From Candidatus Zixiibacteriota bacterium (GTDB taxonomy: Bacteria > Zixibacteria > MSB-5A5 > GN15 > FEB-12), in the NCBI GenBank assembly GCA_018816665.1, contig JAHIVM010000016.1, positions 1 to 32,785 on the forward strand: a stretch of 32,785 nucleotides of DNA. The letters are read 5' to 3'. The position numbers and the translations under genes were made by a program. How positions within the stretch are numbered: position 1 is the first letter of the stretch; every line of letters starts with the position of its first letter. The notes beneath the pieces were generated by a model. That model saw only the letters and a list, made by a program, of their open reading frames with translations. It had not been told where the DNA came from and did no database searches. Below are positions 7,228 through 14,152 of the stretch, piece by piece.

Positions 7228-8994
7228 ATGAAACAAACTGCATTACTTTTTGCCGGGTTGCTTTTGCTCGCGGTCCTTGTGGCAACACCCGCAATGGCCG
7301 CCGAGTTTGCCCGTATTGACAAGCTCACCGAGGGCGATCTCGAGGTTGTGGGCTTCGAGCTGCCGAAAGCGGCTCAGGTTGATATAGACGGTGTGGGCGT
7401 GCGCATGCGGACCAACGACAAACTGGTGGTCTATGCGTGGATACTCAACAGTGATACCCGCGAGCCGGTGTGGGTGATGAAAGGATCCAAAACCAAACGA
7501 CTCCGGGACAGTCACTTCCTGCGCCAGGTTGACCAGAATATTATGCTCGACAAGGGCCGCTATGAACTCTACATGTTCGCCGGCAATATCTGGGGCACCA
7601 ATTTCACCATCGGCGGCGGCAAAGACGTTATTGAGTTCCTCAGCGATCTGTTTGACGACGGTGACTACGAAGACGAAGACATGCGGGACTATATTGATGA
7701 GTGTTTCATGTCGCTGAGTTCGAACGAATTGTCCCGTGACGATGTCAGCTTTTTTGACCCGACCGGTGTTCTGCCGAAGGCGCTCATTGCCCACACAAAA
7801 ATGGGTGATGACGAGTTCATCGAACAGGCGTTCACGCTCGATAAAGCCATGAACCTCCGCATTTACTCGGTGATCGAGCACCCCCGGGGATACAAAACGG
7901 CGGTTGATTTCGGCTGGATCATCAATATGGACACGCGGGAAAAGGTCTGGGTGATGGATCGCTGGAATACGGAACGAGCCGGCGGCGGACGTAAAAACCG
8001 AGTGTACGATGACGAGGTGCGTCTGGAGGCCGGGAACTATGTCCTGTACTTCGCCACGGATGATTCCCACTCATGGGATCGGTTCAATGTTGCCCCGCCG
8101 TATGATCCGCTTAACTGGGGGATTACAGTTGCCCCGGGTGCCGATTTTGACCCCAACGGATTCCACCTCACTGAGGGTCGCGAGGACATGAAGCCGATCA
8201 TCGACTTCAGCCGGGCCCGTAATAACGACTATCACGAGCAGGCGTTCGAACTGAAAAAGCCCATGAAACTGAGGGTGTATGCTCTGGGGGAACGTACCAG
8301 CGGCACCGAGTTTGCCGATTATGGGATGATCACCAATGCGAGCAACGGCGATGTTGTCTGGGAAATGACGAAGAGCAATACAGAACCCGCCGGGGGAGCG
8401 GACAAAAACTGGATGTTTGACGGTTTTGTCGATCTCGCCGCCGGGAAGTATGTAGCTACGTATACCACCGATGGTTCCCATGCGTATCGAAGCTGGAATG
8501 CATCGGAACCGTTTGATCCCCGCGCGTGGGGTATGCAGATATATCCGGGTGAGGATTTTGATGCTGACTCGTTTGCCAAGGTGGACATGGATGACCTGGT
8601 CCCGGGCGGCGGTACCACCCTGGCCTCGCTGGTGCGGATGCGCGACGATATGGAACGCCGGGAGCGCTTTACGCTGGACAAACGTACCAAGGTCAATATC
8701 TACGCTATCGGCGAAGGCAAAAACGGCCAGATGTACGACTACGGCTGGATTGAGGATGCACGGACCGGACGGTCGGTTTGGGAAATGACCTACCGGAAGA
8801 CCGACCACGCCGGCGGATCCCAGAAGAATCGCAAGTATTCGGGATCGATAGTCCTGGAGCCGGGCGAGTACGAACTCTGGTATGTCACCGACGGTTCTCA
8901 CTCATTTAATGACTGGAACGAAACCCGGCCTCGCGACGCCCGTAATTGGGGCATCACCGTGTCCGTGGCCGAGGAGGATCTGGCCGGACGGTGA
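7228..8994 (+). CDS. Secreted protein made of four tandem copies of an unassigned domain of about 105 aa
   Basis: I place the start at ATG 7228, after GAGGGA. The track start at 7084 lies inside the tRNA terminator. Signal peptide: MKQTALLFAGLLLLAVLVATPAMA/AE. Internal repeats share D(F/Y)GWI..(D/N)..T...VW(V/E)M......AGG..KN......V.L..G.Y.L.Y.TD(D/G)SHS...(F/W)N...P.D...WGI.V. Confidence 0.8.
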   Translation: MKQTALLFAGLLLLAVLVATPAMAAEFARIDKLTEGDLEVVGFELPKAAQVDIDGVGVRMRTNDKLVVYAWILNSDTREPVWVMKGSKTKRLRDSHFLRQVDQNIMLDKGRYELYMFAGNIWGTNFTIGGGKDVIEFLSDLFDDGDYEDEDMRDYIDECFMSLSSNELSRDDVSFFDPTGVLPKALIAHTKMGDDEFIEQAFTLDKAMNLRIYSVIEHPRGYKTAVDFGWIINMDTREKVWVMDRWNTERAGGGRKNRVYDDEVRLEAGNYVLYFATDDSHSWDRFNVAPPYDPLNWGITVAPGADFDPNGFHLTEGREDMKPIIDFSRARNNDYHEQAFELKKPMKLRVYALGERTSGTEFADYGMITNASNGDVVWEMTKSNTEPAGGADKNWMFDGFVDLAAGKYVATYTTDGSHAYRSWNASEPFDPRAWGMQIYPGEDFDADSFAKVDMDDLVPGGGTTLASLVRMRDDMERRERFTLDKRTKVNIYAIGEGKNGQMYDYGWIEDARTGRSVWEMTYRKTDHAGGSQKNRKYSGSIVLEPGEYELWYVTDGSHSFNDWNETRPRDARNWGITVSVAEEDLAGR

Positions 8995-9030
8995 ACAAGC
9001 CACCTTGAAGTGAGTCTTTCACTGCCTGTG

Positions 9031-9065
9031 AGAGGGCCGGTTGAGCTCCAGCCGGCCCTTTCCTT
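9031..9065 (+). terminator. Probable intrinsic terminator after the repeat-protein gene
   Basis: GGGCCGG (9034-9040) pairs with CCGGCCC (9052-9058), followed by the moderately T-rich CTTTCCTTA. Confidence 0.45.
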
Positions 9066-9237
9066 ATGGCATTTCCCGAACAATCAGAGCGTCAAGAGAC
9101 CCTTTTTTGGCACAAATACGCGACAATATCAGGCGGGGAATGATCTTCTGGTCTGGTTTCGCCGATACTATGTGCAGGGGGCGGGGAACTGATACTACCA
9201 GGCGACTGGATACCAACACAACTTTTGGGAGACAGGT

Positions 9238-9660
9238 ATGTCGTTCATGATCTGGTCGGACCATCTGTACAGCATCAAGGTTCCGGAAATCGACGCCCAG
9301 CATCGTCGACTGCTGGAACTGATCAATGAGCTGCACGACGAAATCGGCGCCGGACGGGGCAATGAGGATATCGGGCGCTTTTTGGCGGCAATCGTTGAAT
9401 ATGTGCGCTTCCATTTTGCGGAGGAAGAGCGCATCATGAAAGAATCGTCATATCCCGGATTAGAGAGTCACCGCCAGATGCATGTCGATCTGGTGAATCA
9501 GATCGTGGCCATGTTGAGGAAACTGAAAAAAGGAACGCCCATCAGTTCATTTCAACTGCTGTCATTCCTGAAACAGTGGTGGGACGGGCATATCTGTGAG
9601 GATGACAAACGCCTGGGGGCCTATCTCACCAGGAAAACCGCCGCGCCGGCCGGCTGCTGA
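9238..9660 (+). CDS. Hemerythrin-like metal-binding protein (bacteriohemerythrin)
   Basis: 140 aa. W-x-D...IDAQHRRL, HFAEEE, H-x2-H (HRQMH) and HICEDDK provide the His/Glu/Asp di-iron ligand pattern of hemerythrins. Confidence 0.85.
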   Translation: MSFMIWSDHLYSIKVPEIDAQHRRLLELINELHDEIGAGRGNEDIGRFLAAIVEYVRFHFAEEERIMKESSYPGLESHRQMHVDLVNQIVAMLRKLKKGTPISSFQLLSFLKQWWDGHICEDDKRLGAYLTRKTAAPAGC

Positions 9661-9691
9661 CCCTCCCGCCACTTTCGCTACCAAACATAAG

Positions 9692-9723
9692 AAAACCGCG
9701 GGGGTTCGGGCGATGCCCCGCGG
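9692..9723 (-). terminator. Hairpin terminator between convergent genes, best fit on the minus strand
   Basis: CCGCGGGG (9696-9703) pairs with CCCCGCGG (9716-9723) around a 12-nt loop. On the minus strand it is followed by TTTTC. Confidence 0.55.
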
Positions 9724-9760
9724 CTTACCTTGACGGCGTTCCTGCTGTCAGGGTGTGTTC

Positions 9761-10126
9761 CTATTGGCCACTGGCAGTATTTTGCTGCCGACGTTCGATT
9801 TCGCGAAGTCTCTTCTGGGCGATCGGGTAGTAGATCAGGAAGCCGAGGCCGGCAAACAGAAACACCAGGCCCAGAGCCCCTTCATCCGACCAGTAGTACG
9901 GCAGCCAGCGAGAAAGAATGGCGGCCAGACCGATACCCACCAACACCATACCCCATTTGAGGTTCGACAGCGTGGACAACTCGGAATGCCCCAGGAGCAT
10001 TCGCTTAACCTGCTCATCAACCGCGCCCTTCTCTATGAGCTGGCGCTTGGTCCTGTTGTCGCCGATCATTTTTACTATCGCGACGATTGACAGGAAAACA
10101 ATCCCGGTGATCAATGCGCCTTCCAT
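9761..10126 (-). CDS. Small integral membrane protein (three predicted TM helices), function unknown
   Basis: 121 aa with three hydrophobic segments and a basic amphipathic linker (RTKRQLIEKGAVDEQVKRML). It is divergent from an ECF sigma gene. Confidence 0.65.
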   Translation of the reverse strand: MEGALITGIVFLSIVAIVKMIGDNRTKRQLIEKGAVDEQVKRMLLGHSELSTLSNLKWGMVLVGIGLAAILSRWLPYYWSDEGALGLVFLFAGLGFLIYYPIAQKRLREIERRQQNTASGQ

Positions 10127-10251
10127 GTCCTACTCCTTTCATCAAGTGATCTGTCGCATTAGACCGGAACCGCTCCGAAATGTTGCAGGCGAGAAAAAAA
10201 CGCAACTTTATCCCCCTGATATCAGTCTAGTTCTATATAGGTTGGCAGGTT

Positions 10252-10824
10252 ATGGAAAAAACACGACAACAAATCAACGCGATTCTCGACGGCAACCCAA
10301 ATGCTTTCACGGCATTGATTTCCGGTCATCAGCGACTGGTCGGACAGATTGTCTACCGGATGATCAAAGATGAAACGGAACGGGAAGACCTCTGCCAGGA
10401 TGTATTTCTGAAGGTGTATCAGAACCTGCGGAGCTTCCAGTACAAGGCCAAGCTGTCTACCTGGATCGCCCGAATCGCCTACAATACCTGTCTGAACTAT
10501 CTGGAAAAAAAGCGTACTCCGCTATACGAAGACTGCTCCCCCGAGGGGGCAACGCTTGATGACTGTCCTATCGATGACGCCAGTCCGCATGAGTGGACTC
10601 AATCACGCCAGGCGTCGCTCCGTCTCTGCGAAGAGATTGACGGCCTTCCGGTGGTGTACGGGACGATTGTCAGTCTGTACCATCTTCAGGATATGACTTA
10701 CGCTGAAATCGGCAGTATTCTCAGTTTGCCCGATGGTACCGTAAAGAGCTACCTCTTCCGGGCCCGCAAAATGCTCAGAGAGCGCATGCTGGCCAAGTAC
10801 CGACGGGAGGAGCTATGCGCCTAG
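10252..10824 (+). CDS. ECF-type RNA polymerase sigma-70 family factor
   Basis: 190 aa. Region 2 reads REDLCQDVFLKVYQNLRSF...LSTWIARIAYNTCLNYLEKK. Region 4 reads LPVVYGTIVSLYHLQDMTYAEIGSILSLPDGTVKSYLFRARKML. Confidence 0.9.
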   Translation: MEKTRQQINAILDGNPNAFTALISGHQRLVGQIVYRMIKDETEREDLCQDVFLKVYQNLRSFQYKAKLSTWIARIAYNTCLNYLEKKRTPLYEDCSPEGATLDDCPIDDASPHEWTQSRQASLRLCEEIDGLPVVYGTIVSLYHLQDMTYAEIGSILSLPDGTVKSYLFRARKMLRERMLAKYRREELCA

Positions 10825-11423
10825 CCCATTTGACAGACATCGAGATTCAGGAATATTGTGACTCGTCGAACCGATCCCGCGAGGCCCGGACGGTCGATTG
10901 GGAGATTACCGAGCACCTCAATATGTGTCAGGCCTGCCGCGAGCAGGTAGATCTATATGAAACGCTGTTCAGCGATATCACCCGCGAACCGGAACTGACC
11001 CTGCCACGCAATTTCGCAAAAAAGGTGACCCTGTCGTTGCCGCCGTTTGCCGCGGCGCGATCGAGGAACCGGCGACGGCTCGCGTTGGTCAGCGCAATCA
11101 GCACCTTTGTGCTGACCCTGACCTGGCTGGTTCTGCTTTTGGATATCCGGGGTGCGCTGGCCTCTGCGGTAGGGACGGTGGCTCCGACAGCGGTGGCTGT
11201 CAAATCCTGGATGGCGACCATGATTCCGCTCATCCCCTGGCCCAGCATCAACGTACCCAGGCTCGAACTGGATTGGACTATCTTCAGGTCGGTTACGGAT
11301 GCTTTCATAGCCGATCCTTTCCCGGCCCTGTTTGTGGCGTGCGCCGCCGTTGTGTTGCTGCTTGTGGGCTCGCTGGACAACCTGGTCATCAGCGAAGCCT
11401 GGTCCAAGCGCGTTCGGCAATAA
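10815..11423 (+). CDS. Anti-sigma factor, zf-HC2 type, membrane protein
   Basis: Overlaps the sigma gene by 10 nt. It carries H-x3-C-x2-C (EHLNMCQAC) and hydrophobic segments (LALVSAISTFVLTLTWLVLLL, ALFVACAAVVLLLVG). Confidence 0.7.
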   Translation: MRLAHLTDIEIQEYCDSSNRSREARTVDWEITEHLNMCQACREQVDLYETLFSDITREPELTLPRNFAKKVTLSLPPFAAARSRNRRRLALVSAISTFVLTLTWLVLLLDIRGALASAVGTVAPTAVAVKSWMATMIPLIPWPSINVPRLELDWTIFRSVTDAFIADPFPALFVACAAVVLLLVGSLDNLVISEAWSKRVRQ

Positions 11424-11456
11424 CCCCTCCCGGCCGTCGAGGAAGAAAAAGCATGT

Positions 11457-11491
11457 GCCGCCCGAGGTTGTCCCGGGCGGCTTTTTGTTTT
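11457..11491 (+). terminator. Intrinsic terminator, possibly shared by the convergent genes
   Basis: GCCGCCCG (11457-11464) pairs with CGGGCGGC (11474-11481) around a 9-nt loop, followed by TTTTTGTTTT. Confidence 0.75.
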
Positions 11492-11494
11492 GCT

Positions 11495-12922
11495 TCAGTT
11501 GCAGATGGGAAGGGCGGGGAAAGTAATGAACAGGTGATCGATCAACGTTGTCAGGTCACCCACATCGACTCCGCCGTCGGGTCCGCCGAGCGGAGCGAGG
11601 TCCGCTTCCTCCGGGCAGCACAGGGCCGGGAAGTTGATAAACAGGTGGTCGATCAGCGATGTCAGATCGCCCACATCGACGGTGGTGTCGGAGTTGTCGC
11701 AGTTGCCGGCCAGGAAGATATTCCCACGACCACCTTCACAGCAGGGTCCGGCGTTGCACTGATCGGGGAGACCATCGGGGACAATCTTCAGGATCGTACC
11801 GTTGCTGTAGAGAATGTGCAACTCGCCGCGAGCATCCTCGCCGAAACTCGTAATGCCAAATGAGCCCACGCCGAGTTCGCCCGTTCGATCGGTCAATCCC
11901 GCGACCGAGTTGCCGTCGTAGGTCAACGACCATACCGTTCCCGAGCAGTAATCCGCAAAGAAGTAGGTTCCCTGCAAATCGGGAATGCCGCAGCCTCGAT
12001 AGACATAACCGCCGGTAATGCTGCAGCCCGAAGTGTGACTGTACTCATGGATGGGGTCGACCAGCGTTTGCCCGGTTTCGCAGCCGCTTGACGGATTGTA
12101 ACAGTGGTCACCTTCTTTCAGACGCCAGCCGTAGTTTTCGCCCCCCAAACTCGAAGCGTACTGGACATTGATCTCCTCCCAGTTACCCTGTCCGACATCC
12201 GCAATCCACAGGTCGCCGGTGGCCCGGTCGAAGCTCCAGCGCCAGGGGTTGCGCAAACCGTGGGCCCAGATCTCCGGCAGGGTGTCGAGCGTACCCACAT
12301 GCGGATTTGAGGCAGGTATTGCGTAGGGCAGGGAGCTGTCGACATTGAGACGCAGCATTTTGCCCAGTGCCGAGGTTGAATCCTGGGCGTTGTTACCGGG
12401 GTCGCCGGCACCCCCGCCGTCCCCAAGGCCGATATACAGGTAACCATCGACAGGGCTGAAGGCCATCATGCCGCCGTTGTGATTCGACTCCGGCTGTGGG
12501 ACCGTGATGATGATCTCGCCGGAGGAGGCATCGGCGACATCGGGATCGCCCGAGACCGTGTAGCGCTCGACCGTGGTTTGGCCCAGGGGCGAACTGGCCG
12601 TGTAATACACAAACAGGTATCCGTTCGACTGGTAGTCGGGATGGAAAGCCAGGCCCAGCAGACCGCGTTCGCCGCCCGATACCAGCTTCGAGGAGATATT
12701 CAGGAACGGGTTGGTGTGGAGGGTGTCGCCCTCCGCGATACGGATACGGCCGCCCTGCTCCACAATGAAGACTCGAGCTGAATCGCCGGGGGCGTAAGTG
12801 AGCAGGATTGGGTTGCTCAGGCCGGTCAGGAAGGGGGAAGCCGTGATGGCCGTCGCGGCCTCGGCCGACGGAACGGTGTATGCCAGCAATACGGAGAGCA
12901 CCAGGGTGCGAATAGTCGTCAT
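11495..12922 (-). CDS. Secreted PQQ-dependent sugar dehydrogenase-like beta-propeller (glucose/sorbosone dehydrogenase family) with a C-terminal Cys-rich dockerin-like tandem module
   Basis: I place the start at ATG 12922, with GGAGGA 8 nt upstream. The track start at 12967 adds 15 non-signal residues. Signal peptide: MTTIRTLVLSVLLAYTVPSAEA. Family blocks: ERGLLGLAFHPDY, NHNGGMMAFSPVDGYLYIGLGDGGGAGDP, NAQD...LGKMLRL, HGLRNPWRWSFD, DVGQGNWEEIN. Confidence 0.85.
   Translation of the reverse strand: MTTIRTLVLSVLLAYTVPSAEAATAITASPFLTGLSNPILLTYAPGDSARVFIVEQGGRIRIAEGDTLHTNPFLNISSKLVSGGERGLLGLAFHPDYQSNGYLFVYYTASSPLGQTTVERYTVSGDPDVADASSGEIIITVPQPESNHNGGMMAFSPVDGYLYIGLGDGGGAGDPGNNAQDSTSALGKMLRLNVDSSLPYAIPASNPHVGTLDTLPEIWAHGLRNPWRWSFDRATGDLWIADVGQGNWEEINVQYASSLGGENYGWRLKEGDHCYNPSSGCETGQTLVDPIHEYSHTSGCSITGGYVYRGCGIPDLQGTYFFADYCSGTVWSLTYDGNSVAGLTDRTGELGVGSFGITSFGEDARGELHILYSNGTILKIVPDGLPDQCNAGPCCEGGRGNIFLAGNCDNSDTTVDVGDLTSLIDHLFINFPALCCPEEADLAPLGGPDGGVDVGDLTTLIDHLFITFPALPICN
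11510..11680 (-). repeat. Two 60-nt coding repeats (11510-11569 and 11621-11680) at the 3' end of the dehydrogenase gene
   Basis: 49 of 60 nt are identical by hand alignment. They encode VDVGDLTTLIDHLFITFPAL and VDVGDLTSLIDHLFINFPAL. Confidence 0.85.
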
Positions 12923-13052
12923 ACAAACATCCTCCTCGCGAGGCGAGCTTTCGCCGGGCGGGGTCATACGGGGTTTATTGTGGTCTTAATGGGTCGATGA
13001 TATAAATATAGGCGCGGAGGCGCCGGTCGGCAAGTGGAAATTGCAGGAAAGT

Positions 13053-13895
13053 CTACAGGATCCGGAAGCTGCGCATGCGATCCAGCCGGAACGTGCGTTC
13101 GTCGTTGACTTCCTCGCAATAGGCCGCGACATAATGAGCCGATTTCAGGGCGTGAAGACGAAGTGGCTGGATTATCCGGGATTCGGGCGGACGGCCGTTG
13201 GAGGCGTACACCACCTCCATCCGTTTGCCTTTTTTGATGGCCTTGAGGAAGTCGGCGAAGCGCGACGGCAACGGGGGCATGTCACCCTTCCAGTTCTTCA
13301 TGGAATACAACTGAAACCGACGTTTGAATTCTTTCTCATCGGCCATGTACGGGAAGTCCTCGGCAACCATTGAGAACAGCTTCCAGACCATCGCGGCGTC
13401 ATCGGCCGCACGGTGATTCTGGGACCGTCCGAGCTTGAACTTGCGGGCCAGGGACAGCAGCGAGTAGGAATCCAGACCGGGCCGGTACTTTCGGAACAGA
13501 TCAACCGTATCCAGGACCGGATTGGCCGGCAGGGGCAGGTCCGAGCGGTCCAGCTCGCAGCCGACAAACGAAATGTCGAAGGGCGCATTGTGAGCAATCA
13601 ACACGGCATCCGGGCCGCAAAACTCAATGAAACGCTCGAGAACGGGCTTGATCGGGTCGGCGTCTTTCACCATGCTGTCGGTGATTTTGTGGATACGGAC
13701 CGTTTCCAGGGGGATCTTGCGGCCGGGATTGACCAACTCCTGGAATCGCTCGGAGGTCTGGCTGCCCAGACGGAATTTAACCGCACCGAGTTCGACAATC
13801 CGATTGGCCGGCGCCCAGAGGCCGGTGGTTTCGGTATCAAAAGCGACAAAATCGAAGCTCTGCAGGTAGTGATCATCCATCTTTTCCCAGCGCAT
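13053..13895 (-). CDS. DEDDh 3'-5' exonuclease (DnaQ/epsilon-like) fused to a C-terminal WYL domain
   Basis: 280 aa. Exo I is FDTETTG, Exo II is LIAHNAPFDISF, Exo III is HRAADDAAM. The C-terminal 75 aa read MEVVYAS..RPPESRIIQPLRLHALKSAHYVAAYCEEVNDERTFRLDRMRSF, matching the WYL pattern (..R.i.P..l....WYl.AyC......R.FRlDRi). Confidence 0.8.
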   Translation of the reverse strand: MRWEKMDDHYLQSFDFVAFDTETTGLWAPANRIVELGAVKFRLGSQTSERFQELVNPGRKIPLETVRIHKITDSMVKDADPIKPVLERFIEFCGPDAVLIAHNAPFDISFVGCELDRSDLPLPANPVLDTVDLFRKYRPGLDSYSLLSLARKFKLGRSQNHRAADDAAMVWKLFSMVAEDFPYMADEKEFKRRFQLYSMKNWKGDMPPLPSRFADFLKAIKKGKRMEVVYASNGRPPESRIIQPLRLHALKSAHYVAAYCEEVNDERTFRLDRMRSFRIL

Positions 13896-14152
13896 GCCCC
13901 CAGTATCGGTAATTTCAAACGGATTGACAATCGCAATTTCCTTCGTATCTTCCCCCTGGAGGTAATGGTATGAAACTGCTTCCGGTTAGTATTGACAGAT
14001 GCCGTCGGGCGACGACAAAGCCCGTCAAATCGTTCTCCTATCGCTACAACTCCCTGCAGGCCTCGGGTCTCCAGGACGAATAGCGCGGTGCCTCATACTG
14101 CGTTGATTCCTCTTTCCACGTACAAGCATTAGACGTCAAAAGCGAGGGTAGT

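Noticed and set aside
6989-9000. tRNA-Ala as an integration site, with the downstream repeat-protein gene as genomic-island cargo
   Set aside because: There is no integrase, no transposase, and no direct repeat of the tRNA 3' end that I could find downstream. Composition looks like the rest of the window.
13053-13895. Calling the exonuclease the replicative proofreading subunit dnaQ
   Set aside because: The C-terminal WYL-type domain and the monocistronic context argue against a Pol III epsilon subunit. Only the generic DEDDh fold is supported.
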